From NCBI GenBank assembly GCA_030141605.1, contig JAQGDQ010000071.1, positions 58,821-122,820 on the forward strand: a stretch of DNA of 64,000 nucleotides, in the 5' to 3' direction. Shown piece by piece: positions 11,986 through 24,987 of this stretch. The stretch is from Tubiluchus corallicola. Lineage: Eukaryota; Animalia; Priapulida. The position numbers and the translations under genes are program-made. Position 1 is the stretch's first letter, and each line of letters opens with the position of its first letter. The notes under the pieces were generated by a model. The model saw only the letters and a list, made by a program, of their open reading frames with translations, had not been told where the DNA came from and searched no databases.

Positions 11986-12801
11986 AGACACTAGCCTTTA
12001 CATTATTTTTACATTAAAATGCAATAAATGTTACTCGAGGGTTTAAAACATTTGCTCTAGTCAAATTTTAGTAGTTGATCCCCCTGATTTATGTAGGTAG
12101 CGCTGTTTGCCCCATTCTCCCTTTTTTTCACTAGCAGCCCGCATAGGCATATTTCTGAGATCAAAGTGTTTCTAATTAACACGTTTTATCGTTGTTGTTG
12201 TATTTACTGCAGTTACTGCTGCTGCTGCTGTTGTTGCTGCTACTGTTGCTACCGCTGGTTGTCGGTAGCAGCAGCAGCAGTAGTAACAGCAGCAGACAAT
12301 TGACAATCAGACAGTATCAACCGACTGAATCACTGGTGTGTGTATTGTAACACTTTACTCTTCTAACAGATGTTCAAATCTTTAGGCACATTTAGTTAAA
12401 CATTATAAATCAGGTGAATCATTGCAACGTTATTTAACACCTTCCCTCTTTGTCTTACACCAGATGCTCACATGCCAAACTTCCCTATTTGAATGGGGCG
12501 TAATCTGTCTGTAAGGGGGGCGCATTGTAATTAACACCTTTGCGCCATTCTATCATTCCGGAGACATCAAACTGCCAAATTTGGAAATCTTAATGCAAAT
12601 TTAGTAGCACCTTAGCACCAGATGAATTATAGTTATACTTATATTAATAATGAAATGACGCTATGACACCTTTCAGTATTCTTGATCCACATTTTTATAG
12701 TTTTTATAATAATAATAAGTTTTTATAATTAACTTACAAAAATTAATTTAATTTAATTTAATTCAAATTTTATTTTGATTTGTTTTAAATTAATTTTGAT
12801 C

Positions 12802-13065
<264 letters not shown>

Positions 13066-13694
13066 AGCCGTGCAAAAGAAAGAGATCATTAAATATGCAC
13101 AGAATGTTAAGTTAGGTAGGTGTTTGAGAAACAGGGAACAGAAGGTATGAGTCATTCACCTTATTTGATTCTATCTGACAATCTAACTGAACTAATTATG
13201 GAAAACAAAATGCAATAGAAAGACGCAGTGTTTGTCACGTGTTAATTATTAATCAGTTTGGAGTGAAGAAACTTGTAGCCTAGTATTCAACTACTGGATC
13301 AGCTTTTCCATGACACGTTTTTCGTAATTTTGTAATTTTGATTAGATAATTTTGAACCCAAATTAAATAAAATCTCAATTAAAGAAACTGTCGAGAATTT
13401 TCCTGGTTTAGTAAATTACCGTATTGAGAACTTGCTAATTTAAATAGCATACTACGGTTTTCAAAGCGAACATAATGAATAGGATTTTATGTATTTATTT
13501 ATTTATTTTACACTTAATGTGTCTACTATACAAACCAGTAATTTTACATGACTTTAAATTATCCTAGTACAGCTCTGTCGTTTCTTTGTAATCAGCAAAG
13601 GTTGAAAAATTAATTACATTCGGATTTCCATTTGCGAAAGAAATGTTTTTCAGTTCAACACAGATCAATACATAATTTTATAACAAAAGCTTAA

Positions 13695-14957
13695 AGGAAA
13701 GAACAAGTCACTCAGTATGATGGTTTATTTTACTGTTATCACTTAAACTTAGAAAAATATAACAAAGAAATTTGCAAAAAAACTGTCTAGAAAGCATAAA
13801 TTTTAGAATATACTGCCCTGTGAATAGAAATCTTCAGGCGTGGTGGTTGCCGTCATTCAATTGAAAATCATGACATAACTGGGACACTTCGTGATTTTTC
13901 GTAAGCGTGTCGTGGCTTTCCGTAAGCGCGCGCTGCTTAAACTAATTCATACTTGTGCAGCTTACCTAATGTTGACGCAAAAATATTACAAAGTCAGCTA
14001 TCTAATTTTTCATAAAAACTTTTTGTACTTTTGATGAATATTGACAGTGCGCTGCCTTTCCTCAAGACGCGTGACGTCACTGGAAAAGGAATTGGCATTG
14101 AAAATAGGAGCGGCCGAGTATGAAATGCTCGCGACTTTAAAGTGATGTTACTGATTACACGAGGCGCTTGTTGCAGTTCTATTACAAGATTTTTCGCGAA
14201 CATTAAAATAAGCCTAACCTCCTAGAAACTTTCTTAAAAGCAAAACCTGACCCAGTCTTCAACTGTAGGTCAAAACAATCTACTCTTCAAAATATTGAAA
14301 GGAAACATACTATTTTTCTAAAATGACTTACGTGAAAGAATTATTACCACGCAAACACAATTTTACGTTCGGGCCACTAATTTCTCTTCGTTACATGCAT
14401 TTTGCCATTCGCTAGTTACACAATCACTAACCTTGCATTCCGGAAAAGCATTGCACATAAAACAGGTGCAGTACCTCTCAGTTCAGATGTGTTAGTTTTT
14501 GACGAACTGCACACGTTCGTCAGGTCATGCGTGAGCACAGTGGCAAATTTGAATTTTTATGTTAAAGCTTGCCAAGTTTTAGTACAACACACTCAATATC
14601 TTACAGTAGCCCTGAACAGTCAACCTCGGGTATAAGGTACTCGCCTATAAGGGACATTCGCTTATAACGGACCACGAAACCCGGTCCCCATTTTTCGTAA
14701 CGTTTTTCCTTATAAAAATCTTCGTATAAAGGGTACTCGGATATAAGGGACTTTCCGTTATAAGGGACGACATCTTCAGGTCCCGCATAATAGAATCCCG
14801 GGTAAATTTTAATTTTTGTTTTAAAACATTGGCCTAGCTCGCCGCTAATTAAGTTTTTAATCTATTATTTAATTATCAAACACTTTTGCAGTCTTAATTA
14901 CGCAGTATTTTCGTTCTTGAAAGTGGGGCAGTAAGTGAAAAATCATCCTGTCTTCGT
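13695..14957 (+). mobile_element. Near-full-length Kolobok/T2-MITE-like non-autonomous DNA transposon (~1.26 kb)
   Basis: Flanked by TTAA at 13691-13694 and 14958-14961; termini AGGAAAGAAC... / ...CCTGTCTTCGT (family consensus ...GTCTTCCT); no coding capacity. TTAA TSD with RR...YY ends is the Kolobok hallmark. Confidence 0.55.
14617..14800 (+). mobile_element. Tc1/mariner (pogo/Tigger-type) left-end fragment
   Basis: Starts CAGTCAACCTCGG with repeated TATAAGGGAC subterminal motifs; absent from the paralogous copy at ~44.0 kb. Confidence 0.55.
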
Positions 14958-15445
14958 TTAAAGGGCACATTTTTTTAAAGCCTTAGTGGTGTTCATTCTG
15001 CATAGCGCCTGCGGTTTGAATTTGTTTTGTTTTATTATTCAAACACTGTTTGCTACACGCTTGATCACTTCTTTTAGTGAGAATGTATTCGCATCTGATG
15101 ACATTTCTCCTCATCCAATAACATACCAGGTGGCACAGAAAAATGTCCCTCAGCTTAGACTATAATAATATTAAAAGCAGGTGACCCAAAACGTTGAAAT
15201 TTTACGATGAGGTACTCCAGCATATTGGCTTTTGTTTTGAAACCTGTAGCTTTATAATTTGTGTAGATTTCAAGTTATGGCTGAAGAGTTTGAAATTTGT
15301 GTCAAAAAATGTCAACTAATCGCCAATTGAAAAGCTCCCACGTTGACAAACTTCTCTTTCTCTCTCTGTCTCTCTTTCTCTTTCTCTCTCTCGCTTTCTC
15401 TTTCTCTCTCTGTCTCTCTTTCTCTTTCTCTTTCTCTCTCTCTCT

Positions 15446-15497
<52 letters not shown>

Positions 15498-15500
<3 letters not shown>

Positions 15501-17039
15501 CAAATCGGCTGGAAATGATGCAATTAAATCGGAGCATTTTAGGTATGCTTCACATATGCTGCCAATAGTATTATCGCTTTTATTTAGCGCTTGTGTCATA
15601 CATTGTTTTTTGCCTGATTCTCTAATGCTGTCTGTCATTGTACCGATTGTGAAAGGGAAAAATAAGGAAATTACAGCCAAAAATAATTACAGGCCAATAG
15701 CACTATCCACAGTGTTGAGCAAATTATTAGAAATTTTGTTTTTAAGCAGATACGGTAACCCAATTCAATCAACACCAAATCAGTTTGGTTACGTGGATGA
15801 ACTGGGTACCGAAATGTGTTTGTATACCATGAAAGAAGTTATTGACTATTACATTCAACGCCAGAGTCCAGTACACATATTGTTCTTAGATGCATCTAAA
15901 GGTTTTGACCGGGTAAATTACTACAAATGTTTCTAAAACTGGTCGATACTGATATGCCTAACATTATTATAAGATTATTAGCCCTTTACTACTCTCGACA
16001 AACCATGTTTGTGAGGTGGGGAAATTTTTGCTCTAGCACATTTAAAGTCGCAAATGGTGTTCGGCAGGGTGCAAAAATGTCACCCATACAATTTAATTTA
16101 TATTTCAGAGACTTGAGTTCTGACCTCACATCTACCGGTCTAGGTTGTCAGATAGGTGGTACTTATGTAAATCACCTTATGTTTGCTGATGATGGATGTT
16201 TACTAGCATCCACTACCACTGCTTTACAAACTTAAGTTGATATGTACGTTGAATACACAAATAGTCATGACATAGTAATAAACGTCGACAAGACTGAACT
16301 CATAACGATTACTACCCCAGTATGTGTGGGTTCAATTTCCGTTCACTTGAGGTAGCCGGTAAAATAATTATACCGTGTGAAACAGAAAAATATCTTGGCC
16401 ATATTATCACCAGTGATAACAAAGACGACATGGATTTTATCAGACAACGAAGTCTGTTTTGTGCTAGAGCGAACCGTATTATTAGAAAATTTCATCATTG
16501 TTCACCTAATGTCAAAACTCATCTGTTCAACGCTTATTGTAATTCTTTCTACGGTATGGCCACCTGGCGACATTTTTATAACTACAGTCTCAGCAAACTT
16601 AAAGTAGCTCACAATATTTCAAAACGAAAACTTTCCAACTACCCATATGATTATAGTTCTAGGACCATTTCAGTAGACCACGACGTTTTATACTTTGATG
16701 TAATACATAGGAAAACTGCATACAGTCTATACAGTAGAGTAATGCAAAGTTCAAATCTTCTTATAAAGGCATTGAATAACAGTGACGCATTTTACACTTC
16801 AGACATAAGAGACCAGTGGAGGAAAGTGTTAGGTAGAAATTATGAGTGACGATTCAGGCAGGACGCATGATATTGTATATATATATATATAGATTGTACT
16901 GTTATTTTATTTATTTATGTATTAATTTGCATGTGTTGAGAGGAGGTGTTATAATTATTGTATGTCTTGTAATTATTGTATGTTATGTGTTCTATGAACC
17001 TGGTTCGAAATAAAGAGTTAAATCAAATCAAATCAAATC
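15498..17039 (+). mobile_element. 5'-truncated non-LTR retrotransposon (RTE-X-like) reverse transcriptase, frameshifted and with stops
   Basis: NYRPIAL, NQFGY, FLDASKGFDRVN, NGVRQGAKMSP, HLMFADD and KYLGH motifs across ORFs 15343, 15927 and 16322; AATAAA at 17009 and an (AAATC)n tail; sits inside a (CT)n tract. Clade name is a best guess. Confidence 0.9.
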
Positions 17040-17755
17040 TCTCTCTCTCTCTATAAATAAATATATATATTATTGTATTATAATACCACAACCGTTATTA
17101 TTACTGTGGCTCAACAACGCATTAAGAAGAAAGTAAACAAAAAGTATGGTCATTGAATATGCGCTAAAAGATGGCAGATTGAATGAACATAAAGAAATGT
17201 ATAAGCTTGGGGTTTTGAGGTAACAGAACAGAAGGTGTGATTCATCAATTAAATATTTATGAAATCTCAATCAGTGAGTTGAAAGCTTGAGAAGAAACAA
17301 AGGACGGTGTTAATCACGTATCTGACCCATCGGATTTATTATTGAAACTTGATTAAATATTCACAGAAATCTAATTAAATTAATGTAATTCACCTGCGTT
17401 AAGACAAAAAGTAAACGTGTTACTCTGAATATGTCTCCATTTATTGACTAAGGTTTAGAATTAATGCACATGAAGCTGTAATTATTAACAGTTTTATAAC
17501 TTATTGTATACAGACATGCACCAAACCCCCAAAACATCAATTAAATAATCAATTTAAAATACAAAAACAGTGAAATTACATTCAGTTTCGCGAGACGGGC
17601 ACTAGCGCCTGCATTCCGAAAACGCATTGCACAAAAAACGGGTGCTTTATCTCTCAATTCAGATGTGTTAGTTTGTGACAAACTACACACGTTACACAGC
17701 TCATGCGTGTGCACAGAGGTTAACTTGAAATTTGAATTTTTATATTATAACTTGC

Positions 17756-18805
17756 TGTCATGTTTCGCCCTACATTTACTAGTTCTCACATTATGCTTAT
17801 GGAACATTAAGCCCTATTCACACTGTATGTTTAATTAATTGATATGTATGATATTTAGCTACTGGCAGCCATAATTAATTGTATTAATAATCATTGATAT
17901 TTTGTTAGGATGTAGGCACCTACTAACAAACCCCCTTTTTAATTCCGTCTGACCCACTCTTGTCTGCCCTATCCGCGGCTATAATGCAGCGGCTAACTCA
18001 AGGTTAACGATAGTGCACAGGTGAATAAAATTATAGCTGTTTAAGAGTGTAATGCTGTGTAATGTACATGGTGATACTGTGAGAGCCTAGTTGTTGTAAG
18101 CTGTAGTCGTCAACTAGAGTTGTCCAGAGATGCTGGCTTGCAGTCTGCAATAGTGGAGTTACCCACTGACTGACAAATGGATCGACCTACTACAGAATCA
18201 CATCCAGGGTGGTAACAGGTACTTTTCGCTTGTGTTACGATCGGTACTAACGTCGCATTGATAACGCAAACATCACGTATACTAGCCTAATGTTCTTCGA
18301 TGTTACTTGCTGGGTAAAGACTAATTGGTAGTTTCTCTGACGAAGTTTGGAATCATAACTGTATTCAGACGCAGAGGTTATATTACGACGTATTGTTACC
18401 GTTCTACAAACTGTTCGCTTTACAGGAAAAGTGTTCCAAAAAAACCTAGGTACATAGTGGGCAGACATAAACTTTATGCAAACGTATATACCCTACTAAC
18501 CCCAAGCTTTGTCAATATTGCTATATCTTTGTTATTACTGAACTTTTGCTTAAATCGAATCACTTTGGAATTTGTTGATGATTAAATTGTTTGATTAATT
18601 ATTTTAATGTCTGCCATTTGATCTTTCTTTTTCTTCAGATCCATGAGTGTATAGAGTGCAAATAGGCAATAGTCCCCCGTATTTTTAACATCAGCCTTAG
18701 GCCGATCTGCATCCATACATTTAGTGACTATCATACTAGCTCCATTCTGTTATGAGATGTAATACTAACGCCCCCTATAGGAAACACAAGATCAGGGTCA
18801 TCACA
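17756..18805. mobile_element. Solo LTR, 1050 bp, 5-bp TSD CTTGC
   Basis: CTTGC|TGTCATG ... CATCACA|CTTGC; interrupts a Kolobok-like copy whose halves rejoin seamlessly (cf. 5890 CCTGCCTAGTTTT). Confidence 0.85.
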
Positions 18806-19231
18806 CTTGCCTAGTTTTATTACAACACACTGAGTGGCTTACAGTAGCACTGTAATTCAATTTTCGCTTTCGCAAACACGTGCAACACGCTCGTGGAATA
18901 TTTTGCTAGTTTGTGATGTCGTCAACAGTTGAGCTCGCCCGCCGTTAATTAAGTTATTAGAAACGCTTTTGCGGTATTAACTGTGTTAAAATGTATACTT
19001 TTTTATCGGGTTTGGAAGTGTGGTAGTACACGAAAAATCCTGTCTTCTTTTCAGAATGTTATATTATTATATGTTATAATATAATATATTTATTTTATAT
19101 ACGTATACTCCCAAACTTTAGATTACTTATTCTAAACCTCAGGTATACTTATTCACACTTAATGACACATGTATAGTCATTAAAGTCATTAAAATCGCAC
19201 ATTATAGTCACACTTAAAATCATTTATAGTT

Positions 19232-22033
19232 AACCATTAACATGAAACAAAGGCTTTTTTCTAGAAAGCCTCGTGTAAAATGCGCTAAAATTTCGCCCTA
19301 AAATTATCCCGCATTTCCCGCAATACTGCCTGTTTACCCTTTCTTAAACCGTTAACATGAAACAAAGGCTTTTTTCTGGAAAGCCTCGTGTAAAATGCGC
19401 TAAAATTTCGCGCTAAAAATTCCCGCATTTCCCGCAATACTGCCGGTTTACTCTTCCTTAAACCATTAACATGAAACAAAGGCTTTTTTCTAGAAAGCCT
19501 CGTGTAAAATGCGCTAAAATTTCGCGCTAAAATTTTTCCGCATTTCCCGCAAAACTGCCTGTTTACTCTTCCTTAAACCATTAACATGAAACAAAGGTTT
19601 TTTTCTAGAAAGCCTCGTGTAAAATGTACTAAAATTTCGCGCTAAAATTTTCCCGCATTTCCCGTAATACTGCCAGTTTACACTTTCTTAAACCATTAAC
19701 ATGAAACAAAGGCTTTTTTCTAGAAAGCCTCGTGTAAAATGCGCTAAAATTTTCCCGCATTTCCCGCAATACTGCCTGTTTACCCTTTCTTAAAACATTA
19801 ACATGAAGCAAAGGCTTTCTTTCTAGAAAGTCTCGTGTAAAATGCGCTAAAATTTCGCGCTAAAAATTCCCGCATTTCCCGCAATACTGCCTGTTTACTC
19901 TTCCTTAAACCATTAACATGAAACAAAGGCTTTTTTCTAGAAAGCCTCGTGTAAAATGCGCTAAAATTTCGCGCTAAAATTTTTCCGCATTTCCCGCAAT
20001 ACTGCCTGTTTACTCTTCCTTAAACCATTAACATGAAACAAAGGTTTTTTTCTAGAAAGCCTCGTGTAAAATGCACTAAAATTTCGCGCTAAAATTTTCC
20101 CGCATTTCCCGTAATACTGCCAGTTTACACTTTCTTAAACCATTAACATGAAACAAAGGCTTTTTTCTAGAAAGCCTCGTGTAAAATGCGCTAAAATTTT
20201 CCCGCATTTCCCGCAATACTGCCTGTTTACCCTTTCTTAAAACATTAACATGAAGCAAAGGCTTTCTTTCTAGAAAGTATCGTGTAAAATGCGCTAAAAT
20301 TTCGCGCTAAAAATTCCCGCAATTTCCCGCAATACTGCCTGTTTACTCTTCCTTAAACCATTAACATGAAACAAAGGCTTTTTTCTGGAAAGCCTCGTGT
20401 AAAATGCGCTAAAATTTCGCGCTAAAAATTCCCGCATTTCCCGCAATACTGCCTGTTTACTCTTCCTTAAACCATTAACATGAAACAAAGGCTTTTTTCT
20501 AGAAAGCCTCGTGTAAAATGCGCTAAAATTTCTCGCTAAAATTTTCCCTCATTTCCCGTAACACTGCCTGTTTACACTTTCTTAAACCATTACCATAAAA
20601 CAAAGGCTTTTTTTCTACAAAGTCTTGTGAAAAACGCGCTAAAATTTTCCCGCATTTCCCGCAATACTGCCTGTTTACTCTTCCTTAAACCATTAACATG
20701 AAACAAAGGCTTTTTTCTAGAAAGCCTCGTGTAAAATGTGCTAAAATTTCGCGCTAAAATTATCCCGCATTTCCCGCAATACTACCTGTTTACCCTTTCT
20801 TAAACCGTTAACATGAAACAAAGGTTTTTTCTGGAAAGCCTCGTGTAAAATGCGCTAAAATTTCGCGCTAAAAATTCCCGCATTTCCCGCAATACTGCCT
20901 GTTTACTCTTCCTATAACCACTAACATGAAACAAAGGCTTTTTTCTGGAAAGCCTCGTTGTAAAATGCGCTAAAATTTCGCGCTAAAAATTCCCGCATTT
21001 CCCGCAATACTGCCTGTTTACTCTTCCTTAAACCATTAACATGAAACAAAGGTTTTTTTCTAGAAAGCCTCGTGTAAAATGCACTAAAATTTCGCGCTAA
21101 AATTTTCCCGCATTTCCCGTAATACTGCCAGTTTACACTTTCTTAAACCATTAACATGAAACAAAGGCTTTTTTCTAGAAAGCCTCGTGTAAAATGCGCT
21201 AAAATTTTCCCGCATTTCCCGCAATACTGCCTGTTTACCCTTTCTTAAAACATTAACATGAAGCAAAGGCTTTCTTTCTAGAGTCTCGTGTAAAATGCGC
21301 TAAAATTTCGCACTAAAAATTCCCGCATTTCCCGCAATACTGCCTGTTTACTCTTCCTTAAACCATTAACATGAAACAAAGGCTTTTTTCTAGAAAGCCT
21401 CGTGTAAAATGCGCTAAAATTTCGCGCTAAAATTTTTCCGCATTTCCCGCAATACTGCCTGTTTACTCTTCCTTAAACCATTAACATGAAACAAAGGCTT
21501 TCTTTCTAGAAAGTCTCGTGTAAAATGCGCTAAAATTTTCCCGCATTTCCCGTAATACTGCCAGTTTACCATTAACATGAAACAAAGGCTTTTTTCTAGA
21601 AAGCCTCGTGTAAAATGCGCTAAAATTTTCCCGCATTTCCCGCAATACTGCCTGTTTACCCTTTCTTAAAACATTAACATGAAGCAAAGGCTTTCTTTCT
21701 AGAAAGTCTCGTGTAAAATGCGCTAAAATTTCGCGCTAAAAATTCCCGCAATTTCCCGCAATACTGCCTGTTTACTCTTCCTTAAACCATTAACATGAAA
21801 CAAAGGCTTTTTTTCTAGAAAGTCTTGTGAAAAACGCGCTAAAATTTTCCCGCATTTCCCGCAATACTGCCTGTTTACCCTTTCTTAAACCATTAACATG
21901 AAACAAAGGCTTTTTCTAGAAAGCCTCGTGTAAAATGAGCTAAAATTTTCCCGCATTTCACGCAATACTGCCTGTTTACCCTTTCTTAAACCATTAACAT
22001 GAAACAAAGGTCTTTTCTAGAAAGCCTCGTGTA
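19232..22033 (+). repeat. Satellite array, 115/102-bp monomers, ~25 copies, with 447-bp higher-order repeat
   Basis: Monomer starts at 19232 and 19347 (115 bp); short monomers lack the 13-bp TTTCGCGCTAAAA; identical ORFs at 19629 and 20076 are 447 bp apart. Confidence 0.95.
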
Positions 22034-23920
22034 GAGTGCCTGCAAACAATTCCATCAAGAAATATGCGACAATGCTGTCGAAATGCCTTGTGTTTTCGCT
22101 AATACATAGTTTAATTTTTTATAAATGTTAAGCCCAAGACAGCCTTTAGCAGAATAATTTCAAGACATGTTGGTATCATCCTTATTATTATTATAATTCT
22201 TTATTAAAAAACAAATATATACAAGAAGTGTGCCTCTGTTTGGAGGGAGTTGTTTCGCATGTAAACAAATTTTAAATATATTAAGACATATCACAGATAT
22301 AGAGTTACAAAAATTAAGGACTGACTGAAAATGTTACACAACTGCACACGACATTAATTTAAAATTAAGCGAAGCTGATTGGTACACATCACTAATGAAG
22401 ATTACATTTACAATGTTAATTATACAGTTTTTGTAGGCCTAATTTGGTTGACTGAAATTTCAATGCATCTACCGAATTACGTGGAGAATAGATTGACAGA
22501 TACAAAAACAGACATACGAGTAAGTTGGACAAATTTGGCTTATATACATAATTAGCTCAGAGTCTCTTTTCAGTTTCATTTGTAAAAAAAGGGTAATTTA
22601 TTCATCGTTAGTTAGAGAGACATTTCCTTTCACAGATACTGTGGAATATAGATGACATCTTACATATTTCACTGACGCAATGCCAGATAGAATTAAGCCT
22701 GTATTTGTATCATAGAAACGACACGAATATACAACTTATATAGTCACTGACGCAATGATAGATGGATTTAAGCTTGTGTCATAAAGACACTAACATACAA
22801 CGATTACAGCATTAATACAAGACAATTACAACGTCAAAGATGAGATGAAATGGTCATTAATTAAATTAGCAAAAACAGCAGCAGAACTATTATTTCTACT
22901 AGAAAAAAAATGTTAAATGTGTTGTTCACTGATTTTGTACAGTAGACTCAATGTTACAGGCCAACAAATCTCTAATCACAGTAAAGTAGTTATTGAAAAC
23001 TTGCCAAACAGTTTTGATAGGAGGAAGTACTATCTGTGCACACTAATTTGATTTATACGTACGTAAAGTTGTAGCGTAAAGTAATGGTTTAATAAATATG
23101 GTTTATTTTACAGTGAAAAGAAATATTTGCAATGTACTATCCTTAGTCATTAATTATCATTTGTCATAATGTTTTAGTTCTTGTCTTTGTATTATTTTCT
23201 ACAGCTATCAACGGAATGTAGATATTACAGCAACACTAAATTAAATTCACGGTTTCTTTCTAGCTAAGCGAAGCGAACTTCCAGGCTAATGTTCGCTTTA
23301 CTTTTAGCGATACTTTAGCTATCTTTCAGCTACCTTTACGTAAAACAAAATTATAAATTTCAATCTGATCGCTCCAGAAATAGAAAGTTACAAAAGCACC
23401 ATGAGTTTTCGAAAATAGTGGCAATAGTCGGACAAGAAAATAATATGGCTTATGTGTATGTATAATAAATATAAGCTTAAACTTCACTTATAGACGTCTC
23501 CCAAAAAATATTGTGGGTTGTAGAAAGCCCAAGAAAATCTTGTAAAGCAGTATTTTTTTCCTGATTTGGGAAGGCTACCTGAATTTTGTCCTTGTATCAT
23601 CAGTATAACTGAGGTAAAAATCTGTGAGAGGGAAATTTTCTTTTTGGGCCTGTTGTACTTTTTTCTCAGGTACAAGTAAAAGTGCAATAATGTAAGAAAG
23701 TTCTATGACAACGTCAGAAACTAATACACCTTGACCAGAGGCCACCTAAATTTTAAAGCTCTAGTCTTCAGCCTGACATTTCTCATGTCACTAACTTACA
23801 TTGGTAGCAGAAAATTGGCACTCATATAATCTCAAAATTTGTGGGTAGACATCGATTTTGTGTAGCAAGAAAAACTGAAATTTTTTTCTGAAAAATTTTG
23901 TTAAATCACGTGCAGTACTA

Positions 23921-24816
23921 TTATTTCCACGTCCTCTTTCTGCTGGCAGAGTTAGCTGTTTTTTCTGCAAAATAGTATTGACGAAAACTGTACTTGAAAG
24001 CTTCATACTCATCCTCGTATAACTTATAAGCTTCTTTTATTAACAGAGTAGGTATTTTAGAGTAAAATGATTTTGCCACATTTCAGATCGACCAACCTGC
24101 TTGCTGTGCTTCTTTTTCGACAGAGAGTCACTAGTATTGTTAAAAAACAACTGTAGCACGAAACGAGATTCTTCCTCGATATGTTCATATTTGCCAACGA
24201 AATCGTAAGGTATAGTGCAAACGTACGCAAAGACACGAAGACGAAGGTGGCGGATCCACAACATCGGGGTGCACACCCGGGTGTTTTGAGCATAGCTGAA
24301 CTGCGATGTCATAAACAGATGGGAGTCGTTCTCGGAAGCATCCCACGTTAGTAGACCGGTAGTTTGGTTATCAGGTCAGATGTCACAATGTAACTCGATG
24401 TAAACAAATGGTGAACTGGGCTTGATACTAGAACTGCCCACACAATTAGTCACTAACACGTAGTTGGAACATTCACTAAACATCAGCGTTAGGTAGAGCC
24501 AGCTAAAGTTGCACGATTTATGTGCAAAGAAGCAAAGCAAAAGTAAAAAACTGTACGGCATTATATCTGCCTGCAAGTCTCTCTTGCCATGACCCAAGTC
24601 GTTCTCCCCACATCTGCGTGTCAAAACGTCCAAAGCCAGCTGTCTAATACCCTGGCTTCAATAACACTACGGCAGGATAACCTGTATTTGCATTTCCGTT
24701 AGTCGAGTTTACCCTAGTTTCGACCTATGCGCATAACTAAAGTGTAGCACCTGGTTTATACATTGAACAGCTATAAACAACAACTATATTCAGCCCGAAC
24801 TAAATTACGTATACTC
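23921..24816 (-). pseudogene. Decayed carbohydrate sulfotransferase (Sulfotransfer_2; CHST11/HNK-1ST-type)
   Basis: Minus strand reads CTIPYDFVGKYEHIEEESRFVLQLF (cf. CxIxYDFVGKxExLEED) and, after a frameshift, NVAKSFYSKIPTLLIKEAYKLYEDEYEAFKYS...* (cf. LYxxYxxDFxxFxY). Weaker 5'PSB/3'PB-like remnants lie upstream with several frameshifts and stops; TTTACAG acceptor at 24818-24817. The 5' boundary is uncertain. Confidence 0.72.
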
Positions 24817-24987
24817 CTGTAAAGTTTACATTGGCCAGAAAAACATATCTCATTCTACAACGAATTTAAATGAGGATAGTAATAACCAAATCTAGTTACA
24901 AATACAAAGATATATGCTAGGCTGGTCATTACAAGCACATCCCCGTTCTCTTGACATAAGGCAATAAGTTTTAACAATTTTTGTAAT

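Noticed and set aside
19285-21687. Repeated 60-68 aa ORFs (MFHVNGLRK...) and ORF 26720..27004; possible CRISPR-like array
   Set aside because: These are by-products of a head-to-tail satellite; there are no unique spacers and no cas genes, and the context is eukaryotic.
22628-23050. Possible LRR-like exons on the plus strand
   Set aside because: In-frame stops, no consistent splice pairs and no convincing motif.
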